Source of the DNA: Truepera sp.
Lineage (GTDB): Bacteria > Deinococcota > Deinococci > Deinococcales > Trueperaceae
Direction: 5' to 3'
NCBI GenBank assembly: GCA_965218435.1
Contig: CBDCKW010000009.1
Location: 544,001-608,000 of the forward strand
DNA: 64,000 bases
The position numbers and the translations under genes are program-made. Shown in pieces: positions 30,416 through 38,967 of this stretch (the first letter of the stretch is position 1; each line of letters begins with the position of its first letter). The notes under the pieces were generated by a model. It did not search any database, was not told where the DNA came from, and saw nothing but the letters and a program-made list of their open reading frames with translations.

Positions 30416-31630
30416 TTGTCTCCACGTTTGCAGTTTCCTCTGTCGTCTTACACCGTCTATCTCGTCTTGGCAGGGGCAACGGCTTTTTCCTTGACGGTTT
30501 TCGGTACCTTGTCGTCGGTTTACCGGCTTCAAACAGCCGGCCTGAGTCCGTTTCAACTCGTGCTGATCGGGACGGTGCTCGAGCTGAGCGTTTTTGTCTT
30601 CGAGGTGCCGACCGGTATCGTCGCCGACCTTTACAGCCGCCGCCGCTCAGTGATTATCGGCATGTTTTTGATTGGCGCGGGGTTTGTGCTCGAGGGCCTC
30701 TTGCCGGTATTCGCCACCATGCTCGTCGCGCAGGTCATCTGGGGCGTCGGCGCAACCTTCGAGAGCGGCGCAACCGAAGCCTGGATCGCCGACGAACTCG
30801 GCGCGGAACGGGTTGGCGCAGCATATCTTCGGGCGGTACAGGTCGGACAACTTGCCTCACTCGGTGGGATTGCCGTCGCCGTGGCCCTCGGCAGCATCTA
30901 CCTCGGGTTACCGCTCGTCGTCGGTGGGGTCGGCTTTTTCATGGTTGGTATGTTCTTGCTGCGCTTTATGCGCGAACACGGCTTTAGCCCTGCAGACAGA
31001 ACCGCTCACCCACTCGCTGCGATGGGGGAGACGCTGCAGAAGGGTCTGACCCTCGTCCGGCGAAACTCAACCTTGCTTACAATTCTCGTCATTACCGGCA
31101 TTTTAGGCGCGTCGTCGGAAACGTTCGACCGGCTCTGGGAGGCGCGTGTGTTACGACTCGGCCTGCCCGGTTTGGACGCACTTCCCGATATAGCTTGGTT
31201 CGGTCTGATCAGCGCCGGGGCGATGCTGTTGGCCTTGCTCGCCACCGAAGGGGTACGGCGCTACACAGACCGAGGCCCGCGTTTTACGGTGAAACTGCTC
31301 GCGGGTATCAGCACCTTGCTGATGCTGAGCGTCATTGGCTTTGGTCTAGCCGGTAATTTCGCGGTAGCTCTGGCTTTTTACTGGGCGTCGTACCTGCTGA
31401 GGCGGGTGAACGCACCCCTTTTTGCGGCGTGGCTGAACGGGTACTTGGAGCCTCAAACTCGAGCCACCGTTTTCTCGCTCAACAGCCAGACCGACGCGCT
31501 CGGGCAGATTGCCGGGGGGCCACTTTTGGGTCTTTTGGCTAATGTGTCGCTACGCGGTGCGTTCGGGGCAGCCGGGGTGTTGCTGCTTCCGGCGGTGCTC
31601 CTCTACTGGCGACTGTTGCATAAGACTTAG
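30416..31630 (+). CDS. MFS efflux transporter, TetA(P)-like
   Basis: LSPFQLVLIGTVLELSVFVFEVPTGIVADLYSRRRSVIIG, ESGATEAWIADE, SETFDRLW, GQIAGGP; start uncertain (30359 or 30416). Confidence 0.82.
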   Translation: MSPRLQFPLSSYTVYLVLAGATAFSLTVFGTLSSVYRLQTAGLSPFQLVLIGTVLELSVFVFEVPTGIVADLYSRRRSVIIGMFLIGAGFVLEGLLPVFATMLVAQVIWGVGATFESGATEAWIADELGAERVGAAYLRAVQVGQLASLGGIAVAVALGSIYLGLPLVVGGVGFFMVGMFLLRFMREHGFSPADRTAHPLAAMGETLQKGLTLVRRNSTLLTILVITGILGASSETFDRLWEARVLRLGLPGLDALPDIAWFGLISAGAMLLALLATEGVRRYTDRGPRFTVKLLAGISTLLMLSVIGFGLAGNFAVALAFYWASYLLRRVNAPLFAAWLNGYLEPQTRATVFSLNSQTDALGQIAGGPLLGLLANVSLRGAFGAAGVLLLPAVLLYWRLLHKT

Positions 31631-31746
31631 CGGCTAAGTGTTTTCGGGATTCTCAAGACTAAACATATAGATCGCCTTTTCAAAGCAAAAACTACACTTG
31701 TTATAGTTGTGGCTAGTTAAAGGCCATTAGCAGCGAAGGGTAAACT

Positions 31747-33987
31747 ATGGAAGTTATAGACAGAGATCAAGGTATTACGGAATCTCTAAAAGCAGGATTA
31801 GACGCCGGTCTTTTCCAGATAGACGAAGAGCAGAAGTATCTAACCTACCTCAAGGCAGGCGAAAAAAAGCGCCTTGCCAACCCGGAAGAACCCGTCCGCG
31901 CTGAAGCATATATGAAGCTCGTCCTCGAGTACCACTATCCTGCTAAGCGCCTCAGCCTAGAAGTGCCCGTCAAGATGGGTTCGGACACACGCCGCGCGGA
32001 CATCATCGTTTACGAAGATGACGAGAAGAAGAAACCTTTTATGATTGTCGAAACTAAAAAGCCTGACGTATCAGACGCGGCTTTTAGTGAAGCCGTCAAT
32101 CAAGGCTTTAGCTATGCCAACGCCTTAAGTGCCGATTTTGTCTGGGTAACATCGGGACTCAAATCCGAAGCTTACGACGCGAAGTCTTTCTACCCGATGG
32201 AGCGCGAGAGCAACCTCGTTGCTGATATTCCGAGCTATGGCGCAAAGGTCGCGCGTTACAAATACGCCGTGGGCGGCGTAGGTGGTAAAGAACTCGAGAA
32301 AGTCAGCGAGGATGTCCTGACCCGCAAATTCAAACAAGCCCATGACGCGCTCTGGGCAGGTGGAAAGCGTAATCCGACTCAAGCATTTGACGAACTCGAC
32401 AAGCTCATCTTTTGCAAGCTTTGGGACGAACGTATAGACCGTGACGACGGTGAACCCTATGACTTTCAGGTATTTACCGGCGAAGACCCGGACGACCTTT
32501 TGAAACGCGTAAGAAAGCTGTACGAAATAGGACGAGAAAAAGACCCTGAAGTCTTTCAAGAAGATGTTCGTTTGACAGGCAACGAACTCCAGACCGTTGT
32601 GGGCTACCTCGCCGAGATAGATTTGGGCGCAACTGATCTGGACAGTAAAGGACGCGCCTTTGAAGAGTTTATGGACGACTTTTTTAGGGGTGAGTTCGGT
32701 CAATACTTTACGCCGCGCCCGATTGTTAAGTTTATCGTAGATGTTTTGCCTATCACTAACGAGTCTCACGTGCTCGATACCTCATGCGGCAGTGGCGGGT
32801 TTTTGCTTTATGCGTTAGACAAGGTACGTCGTGAAGCACAAGAAAAACTTGATAGAGGTCAGTTCAGGCAACGCAACATTCACCCCCAAACGCAGATGTA
32901 CAACTATTGGCACGACTTCGCTGAAAAACGCCTTTTTGGGATTGAAATCTCGGAAATGATTGCCCGTACCGCCAAGATGAACATGATTATCCACGACGAC
33001 GGGCATACCAACGTCATAAGTTTCGACGGACTACAGTCTCCCGAACGGATGCGCAGCAAAACAGGCAATCAAGGTTTCAAAGAAAATCACTTCGACTTCA
33101 TCATTACGAACCCGCCCTTCGGCGCAAAAATCTTGTCGGATGAGCGCAGCTACATGCAAGATTATGACCTTGGCACACGCTACACTGACTGGATAGACGC
33201 TGAGCTAAAAGGCGAAGTTGTAACGACTCGCGACAGTCAAAGCTCTGAAGTGCTGTTTATCGAGCAGTGCCACCGCTTCTTAAAACCCAGCGGCATCCTC
33301 GCTATTGTCGTGCCGGACGGTATCTTGACGAACTCGAGCCTTCAGTACGTGCGTGACTGGATAGCTGAACACTACCGCATTTTGGGTGTCGTCTCGATGC
33401 CGCAAACCGCCTTTACCGCGACCGGCGCAGGCGTCAAAAGCTCCGTGATGTTTTTGCAAAAGTACAGCGACACAGAGACCGCGCACATTCAAAGCACCAA
33501 AGAAGCTGTGCAGAACAGCCTATTTGGGCAAGACGAGTACGGCCCCGCGATTGCGAGACTGGAAGAAGAGAAAAACCGCGTATTGAAACGCGGCGACGAT
33601 ACGATGAGGCAACTCGAGGAAGCACACGAAGATCACCTCGAGGCGCTTGGCGAGGTAGACAAGGCTGCTGAACGCACCCTCAAACGCGAGCTGCGCGAGA
33701 AAATCAAAGCACACCAGCGCACCGACGCCCACAAAGAGTGGCGCAAAGCCACTACCGACAGCTACAACGAACGCATCAACGCCATTAAAGAGAGCTTGGC
33801 AAGTACCTTTGCCGAAGAGGTTCAGGCCCAGCTGAGCGACTACCCTATCTTTATGGCGATTGCCGAAGATATAGGTTATGACGCGACGGGAAGAGCGACC
33901 GGCAAAAGCGAGTTGAAACCGATAATAGAAGAGCTGAGCCGGTTCATAGGTGCTGTACAAGAGGGACGTGATAATTTTTTCGCATAA
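31747..33987 (+). CDS. fused restriction endonuclease (HsdR-N-like PD-(D/E)xK) + N6-adenine methyltransferase, type IIB/type I-like RM subunit
   Basis: PEEPVR, RADIIVY...IVETKK nuclease motif; GQYFTPR, DTSCGSGGF (motif I), TNPPFG (motif IV), VVPDGIL. Confidence 0.9.
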   Translation: MEVIDRDQGITESLKAGLDAGLFQIDEEQKYLTYLKAGEKKRLANPEEPVRAEAYMKLVLEYHYPAKRLSLEVPVKMGSDTRRADIIVYEDDEKKKPFMIVETKKPDVSDAAFSEAVNQGFSYANALSADFVWVTSGLKSEAYDAKSFYPMERESNLVADIPSYGAKVARYKYAVGGVGGKELEKVSEDVLTRKFKQAHDALWAGGKRNPTQAFDELDKLIFCKLWDERIDRDDGEPYDFQVFTGEDPDDLLKRVRKLYEIGREKDPEVFQEDVRLTGNELQTVVGYLAEIDLGATDLDSKGRAFEEFMDDFFRGEFGQYFTPRPIVKFIVDVLPITNESHVLDTSCGSGGFLLYALDKVRREAQEKLDRGQFRQRNIHPQTQMYNYWHDFAEKRLFGIEISEMIARTAKMNMIIHDDGHTNVISFDGLQSPERMRSKTGNQGFKENHFDFIITNPPFGAKILSDERSYMQDYDLGTRYTDWIDAELKGEVVTTRDSQSSEVLFIEQCHRFLKPSGILAIVVPDGILTNSSLQYVRDWIAEHYRILGVVSMPQTAFTATGAGVKSSVMFLQKYSDTETAHIQSTKEAVQNSLFGQDEYGPAIARLEEEKNRVLKRGDDTMRQLEEAHEDHLEALGEVDKAAERTLKRELREKIKAHQRTDAHKEWRKATTDSYNERINAIKESLASTFAEEVQAQLSDYPIFMAIAEDIGYDATGRATGKSELKPIIEELSRFIGAVQEGRDNFFA

Positions 33988-34033
33988 GCCCCGGCGTAGA
34001 TAATCCAACTATATTTATATCTAGTTGGGGCTT
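33975..34033 (+). promoter_or_regulatory. candidate -1 programmed ribosomal frameshift signal (T-TTT-TTC plus downstream hairpin)
   Basis: Heptamer 33975-33981; hairpin AAGCCCCGGC(G)TAGATA 33986-34002 / TATCTAGTTGGGGCTT 34018-34033; S frame open from exactly 33975. Confidence 0.6.
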
Positions 34034-35360
34034 GGCAAAAGAAAGATTAGACCCTGAAATAGTTCTGTTCAATAGCAGAGCCACTAACTTTAACTATCCC
34101 GTTGAGAGATTGGCTACTTTCTTGTCGTCTCCTCCTCAATATGGAGCTAATGAAGCTGGCATCCTGAGACTCGATGATAGTGAACCCCGTTATATAAGGA
34201 TTACCGACATTGACGAGTATGGAAGTTTAGTTCCCGGTTTGGGAGTTACGGCAACAAACGTCGAGGAAAAATACTTTCTCAAAAATAACGACCTACTTTT
34301 TGCCAGAAGTGGCAACACTGTAGGCAAAAGCTATCTGCATAAATCGAGTGATAAGTCCCACGCGCATTTCTTCGCCGGGTATATGATTCGCTTCACTATT
34401 GATGCCGAAAAGATAAGTCCTGATTATGTTTTCGCCTTTACTCAGACTCGAGCCTATGCAGATTGGGTAAAGGCAGTACAGCGGGTGACAGGACAACCGA
34501 ACATCAATGCCGATGAATACAAGTCCCTACCTATTCCGCTTCCGCCCTCGAATGTACAAAACACAGTGATTGACCTTCTTGAAACAGCGTATAAAGTCAA
34601 AGCTAAGAAAGAGCAAGAAGCTGAGCGGTTACTCGAGTCTATTGACGGTGTGGTGCTCGAGGCTTTAGGCATCAACCTACCTGTTGAGGAAGAGGGGGGA
34701 CTCGAGGGACGAAAGTTCTTCCGTAGTTTCCGTGAGCTGAATGCTACAAGGCTTGATCCTTTCCCATATCAGCAACGTCGTATGCAAGCTATCCGAGCGA
34801 TTGATGAAGCTCACCTTCCCAAAAAACGTTTGCACGATGTTTTTCTGTTCCGTAAAGAAGTTGTTACACAAGCAGAAGGGTTGCCTTACATCGGACTGGA
34901 AAACGTTCGCTCAAACACAGGGGAATATATAAGCTCCAATGTGGAGAAGGAAACGTTTAATAGCGCCCTCCGCTTTTATAAGGGTGATATTTTGTTTCCA
35001 AAATTACGACCGTATCTGAACAAAGTACACCTAGCTTCGTTTGATGGGGTTTGTTCAACAGAGTTTCACGTCTTGACGGCAGCGAAAGGGCTCGAGGAGT
35101 ACCTAGCTGCATGTCTACGTTCTCGACTTATTGTCAACCAGACGTCTTGCCTAATGACTGGTAACACGCTCCCTAGGTTGCAAACTTCCGATGTGGAAAA
35201 CTTACTGATTCCTTTGCCGGATGAAACAGTTCAAAAAAACATTGGTGAAGAAGTTAGAGATGTTCAAAAACAGGTCAACCAGATTCGAGAGGAAGCAAGT
35301 CAAACAGTCGCCCAAGCCAAACAACAAGTTGAGCGGGTGATTCTTGGGGACGTAGCGTGA
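33975..35360 (+). CDS. RM specificity (HsdS-like) region with two target-recognition domains; no ATG/RBS of its own
   Basis: RLDP...YIRITDI...LLFARSGNTVGK...GQPNINADEY...IPLPP; second RLDP...KLRPYLNK...CSTEF...LPRL...IPLP; ORF-track start is TTG 34032. Confidence 0.88.
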   Translation, partial: FFRISPGVDNPTIFISSWGLAKERLDPEIVLFNSRATNFNYPVERLATFLSSPPQYGANEAGILRLDDSEPRYIRITDIDEYGSLVPGLGVTATNVEEKYFLKNNDLLFARSGNTVGKSYLHKSSDKSHAHFFAGYMIRFTIDAEKISPDYVFAFTQTRAYADWVKAVQRVTGQPNINADEYKSLPIPLPPSNVQNTVIDLLETAYKVKAKKEQEAERLLESIDGVVLEALGINLPVEEEGGLEGRKFFRSFRELNATRLDPFPYQQRRMQAIRAIDEAHLPKKRLHDVFLFRKEVVTQAEGLPYIGLENVRSNTGEYISSNVEKETFNSALRFYKGDILFPKLRPYLNKVHLASFDGVCSTEFHVLTAAKGLEEYLAACLRSRLIVNQTSCLMTGNTLPRLQTSDVENLLIPLPDETVQKNIGEEVRDVQKQVNQIREEASQTVAQAKQQVERVILGDVA

Positions 35361-36202
35361 AAATCACGTATCAGGTTGGGTACAGAAGCGACCTGGACAG
35401 CGACGAAAGTTTTGACGACCTCTTGGCGAGCGAACTTCAAAGAGCCTTTGCCGATGAATACGAGGAGGTGAGTGAGGCGGATGTGTTCGACTACTTTCAG
35501 GTACATTACGAACATCCGCTCAACGAGGACGAATCGCTAATCGCTTTCGAGTTGGACATCCCTACCGAGAAAACGGAGATTCAGCAGGCACGGCTTATGG
35601 AGGATATACACCGGCGTATTAGAGCTATTGAAGGCGTCTTTGTATTCTTCAAGTTTCACGACGAAGGTCTTTTTGGTTCATTGCAGAAGCTCTACGCTGA
35701 AATCTTTGCGCTCGAGATGAAACTACGCGAAATTGCCACGCTGATCTTTGCCGATACCTACCGGGGCAACTACCTTGACCATATCCGAGAGACGAAGGTG
35801 AAACTCTCCAGCACAGAGCTTAACCAGGGCGGTAATAACAAAGAAACCAGACTGAAAAGCCGCTTTGAAAATGAGTTCTTCCATATTTCATTTAGCGATT
35901 ATCACAAGCTGCTCGAGCCGCGTGAGCTGAAAGAGCCAGACCTGCTAAACTTTGCATCTAAAGCGGAAACCTTTGAAGACTTCAGGGATTATGTCCGATA
36001 TAGGGGTGTGCAGAATGAATACTACCGTGACTTCTTCGCGTCAATTCGTCCACATATGGATGCTCTGGAAAAGGTTCGCAACTGTGTTGCTCATGGCCGG
36101 GTAGTATCTGAAAACGAATACCAAAACTTTGAAGTCGCCAAGGCTGCTGTTCAGGAGCTGATAGATAGCTTTTTCACCGGTCTACAACAGGAAGTTGAAT
36201 GA
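35357..36202 (+). CDS. HEPN-domain putative RNase (Swt1/Abi-like) in RM operon
   Basis: GTGA overlap with S stop; LYAEIFALEMKLRE helix and R-x4-H motif LEKVRNCVAHGR. Confidence 0.72.
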   Translation: MKITYQVGYRSDLDSDESFDDLLASELQRAFADEYEEVSEADVFDYFQVHYEHPLNEDESLIAFELDIPTEKTEIQQARLMEDIHRRIRAIEGVFVFFKFHDEGLFGSLQKLYAEIFALEMKLREIATLIFADTYRGNYLDHIRETKVKLSSTELNQGGNNKETRLKSRFENEFFHISFSDYHKLLEPRELKEPDLLNFASKAETFEDFRDYVRYRGVQNEYYRDFFASIRPHMDALEKVRNCVAHGRVVSENEYQNFEVAKAAVQELIDSFFTGLQQEVE

Positions 36203-36221
36203 ACCTGACAAAATAGGACTG

Positions 36222-36719
36222 CTAGTCCTGCTTTTCATACCGCTGCTTATGCCGTGCTCTTTGCCGCACATATTCCGGGTCTTCCTTAGCCTGGACGTAC
36301 TTCTCGTAAAAAATGGCCGCTGCCGCCGCCTTTACGGGGTCTTCGGTTCGGGGCAAGGTGGCACGGCCGTGTGCGCCGCTCTGCCCTTTTTTGTCCTCGG
36401 GTACCGGCCCGTCGTACTTCTTGCCGCCCTTATGGTTCGCGTAACGCCGCGCCCGCGTCCAACCCATCTGTAAAAACTTCCGCGCCATATCCGCACCCGG
36501 AAAGTCCTCAGCCTCGAGGTAAGCCTGAAACATCTCAAAGAGTTTTTTGGAGGACACTTCAGCCACTTCCGGGTTCTTAAAGCGCCAGTGGGGGAGGAGT
36601 TCGCTCTTGTATGGTTCTACGAGTAGCACGCCCTGCTCCCCCTTACCGATACGGTAAAGCTCGGGGTGTTCCCGAAAATTGATCGTCTCAAAGTCGAGGT
36701 CATAGTCAAACGCCGCCAT
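36222..36719 (-). CDS. DUF4385 family protein
   Basis: YRIGKGEQGVLLVEPYKSELLPHWRFK, DMARKFLQMGWTRARRYANHKGG. Confidence 0.85.
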   Translation of the reverse strand: MAAFDYDLDFETINFREHPELYRIGKGEQGVLLVEPYKSELLPHWRFKNPEVAEVSSKKLFEMFQAYLEAEDFPGADMARKFLQMGWTRARRYANHKGGKKYDGPVPEDKKGQSGAHGRATLPRTEDPVKAAAAAIFYEKYVQAKEDPEYVRQRARHKQRYEKQD

Positions 36720-36787
36720 AAGAAAGTGTAGCGGGTTCTAAAAAGAAGTACGTGGCTGCTGCGCATAATTAGTTAGGAGGCACGCTA

Positions 36788-37039
36788 ATGACAACATTTG
36801 ATGACGCTTACAGCTTGGTGGGTTCAGGGGTTCCTGCGCCCGACGTACCGATGCCCACCGGCCCGCAAGAGATGCCCGACGTACCGGGGCAAGAGCCGCT
36901 GAATATACCCGGTGACGAACCGAATGATATACCGCTCGAGGTTCCCGAAACACCCAACCGCGATGCGCCGCTGGATTCACCCGGACGTGAGCAGCCGTCT
37001 GAAAACGATGACTTGCCGGGGCGAGAAGATGACATTTAG
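36788..37039 (+). CDS. small acidic proline-rich, probably disordered protein
   Basis: RBS AGGAGG; 83 aa rich in P/D/E with PGxEP-like repeats. Confidence 0.6.
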   Translation: MTTFDDAYSLVGSGVPAPDVPMPTGPQEMPDVPGQEPLNIPGDEPNDIPLEVPETPNRDAPLDSPGREQPSENDDLPGREDDI

Positions 37040-37086
37040 ATAGAGCTATGCTGAGCGGCAACTCAGATAGCGTACGAGGAGCTGCA

Positions 37087-37518
37087 ATGAGTCAAAATGC
37101 AAGTAGGGTTTTTGTATTTGGAACTTTGAAGCGGGGCTTTCCTCTACATGATGAGGGTCTACATGGTGCGACGTGTCTCGGCGCGTACAAAACGGTCAAG
37201 AAGTATCCGATGCTTGTTGCCGGACGTTGGTACGCACCTATGATGGCCTATGAACCCGGCACTGGATTGTGCGTTAAAGGTGAGCTGTACGAGGTAGATG
37301 CTAAAACACTCGAGCTTCTTGACAAGCTTGAATCTGTTCATCAGTCTGGTAATTACCGCGAAGTAGTTGAAGTTGAATCCCTAGAGACAGCGGATACACT
37401 GTCTGCCTATGTGTATGTTAAATCAAGAGAGCTGATGACGCCGAGCCACACCGACTATTTAGAAGATTATCAGGATAGAAGGTTTGTACACCCGAGCCAA
37501 AGAGCGAAAGAAGATTAG
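37087..37518 (+). CDS. gamma-glutamylcyclotransferase (AIG2-like) family protein
   Basis: VFVFGTLKRG, VKGELYEVD, LDKLE. Confidence 0.85.
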   Translation: MSQNASRVFVFGTLKRGFPLHDEGLHGATCLGAYKTVKKYPMLVAGRWYAPMMAYEPGTGLCVKGELYEVDAKTLELLDKLESVHQSGNYREVVEVESLETADTLSAYVYVKSRELMTPSHTDYLEDYQDRRFVHPSQRAKED

Positions 37519-37600
37519 CTGAGCGATTCAACTCAGGTGGAAACTAAAGATTTCCAAGCAAAAGCACCCGGCTCGCAATGACTTGTAAAGGAGGCTGAAC

Positions 37601-37825
37601 TTGAAAGTGCTTGACACGGTTGTCCTGAACAAAGATTTGCCGAGCCGGGGTTTACGTCATAACGACGTCGGTGCAGTTGTCGAGGTGTACGAACCGGATG
37701 GGCTCGAGGTCGAGTTCGTCACCGGTTCAGGCAGGACTCGAGCGTTAGTGACGCTAAAAACAGCTGATGTTCACTTGTTCGGCGACACAGATGTTCTCGC
37801 TGCGCGTTCTCTGGACGCAGCTTGA
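37601..37825 (+). CDS. DUF4926 domain protein
   Basis: LDTVVLNKDLP..GL...DVGAVVEVY..DGLEVEFV..SG.T.ALVTL; RBS AAGGAGG. Confidence 0.8.
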   Translation: MKVLDTVVLNKDLPSRGLRHNDVGAVVEVYEPDGLEVEFVTGSGRTRALVTLKTADVHLFGDTDVLAARSLDAA

Positions 37826-37870
37826 TAAAAGATTGGTATGGCTGGCTAGATATGCAACAATAGCTGCACT

Positions 37871-38884
37871 GTGCTGAAAAATATCTGTAAAACGCTTTTG
37901 CTGCTCGGTTTTGCTGCTCAGCTAAGTTATGCGCAGCCGCCATTGTCTGAGATTCGACCTAAACCGGTGGTTGCGGCTACTCTAAAGCTTTTCGACACCT
38001 ATCCCGTCGTCGGTATCGGCGAAGTGCACGGTTTGCAGGAGTTGGGTAACTTTTACGTCAATCTCGTAAGCCAGCCGACTTTTGCAAAAGATGTTGGCAA
38101 CGTAGTTTTTGAGTTTGGCAACGCTTTCTTTCAGCCCACTATAGACAAGTATCTGGCGGGCGAAGAGGTGCCTTATAAAGAGGTGAAGAAAGCTTGGACA
38201 ACTATGGTTGGGACGATGGGTTCCGACAAGATTTCAGTGATGTATGGGCAGTTCTACAAGGCTGTAAGAGAAGCAAATCGAACCTTGCCAGAAGGCCAAA
38301 AGATAAAAGTCTGGTTGGGCGACCCGCCTACAGACCCTGACGACCCGCTCGCTTACACCCCTGAACGGCCTCCAGACCGGGATGCGTTCTTTTCCGATAT
38401 CGTTTTGCAAAAGATTTTAGCAAAAGGTAAAAAGGCGCTGCTCGTCATCGGGGCAGGACATGTTGTAGACGATGGCTTGAGGGCTAGTACCGCCACAATT
38501 TTTGAATGCAAATATAGACTGCCCTATAGGTACAACGTTAGAGCGTGTATAGATGCTTACTATCCCGGCAAGCTTTTTCTTATCCAAAATCACTGGGGTT
38601 TGCCCAAGCCGTTTTGTAACCGGCAGCTGGAAGCGCGGCTCGAGTCAGGCCCAGTTCCATCCCTGACGTCCCTTCGAGACACAGCCTTAGCAACTTTTTT
38701 AGATAGCCCCGAGTGCAGCTCTAAATCTTGGTGGGGGACGCTCACTAGCGCATGGAGTAATGCGTACTTGTACTTAGGAAAAAGCGATAAGCTTATCCTG
38801 TCGCCGCTTCCTGGAGAGCCAGAAACGCCCTTCTCGAAATGGGTACATGAGGCTGCACCTTACCTCAAAAAGCCGAACGAGTAG
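37871..38884 (+). CDS. secreted protein, ChaN/erythromycin-esterase/TIKI-like fold
   Basis: Signal peptide; VVGIGEVHG, VVFEFG, RD, LLVIGAGHV. Confidence 0.6.
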   Translation: MLKNICKTLLLLGFAAQLSYAQPPLSEIRPKPVVAATLKLFDTYPVVGIGEVHGLQELGNFYVNLVSQPTFAKDVGNVVFEFGNAFFQPTIDKYLAGEEVPYKEVKKAWTTMVGTMGSDKISVMYGQFYKAVREANRTLPEGQKIKVWLGDPPTDPDDPLAYTPERPPDRDAFFSDIVLQKILAKGKKALLVIGAGHVVDDGLRASTATIFECKYRLPYRYNVRACIDAYYPGKLFLIQNHWGLPKPFCNRQLEARLESGPVPSLTSLRDTALATFLDSPECSSKSWWGTLTSAWSNAYLYLGKSDKLILSPLPGEPETPFSKWVHEAAPYLKKPNE

Positions 38885-38967
38885 TTTGCTACCAGCTTGG
38901 GTAAGACTCGAGCCCTAGTCACACTAAAAATAGCCGGTGTTCAGCTGCTTACCGAGTAAAATGGTTT

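Noticed and set aside
31747..35360. Local RM system as the cause of CTCGAG enrichment
   Set aside because: A two-TRD S subunit implies a bipartite, usually asymmetric site rather than a contiguous 6-bp palindrome, and restriction would deplete rather than enrich sites.
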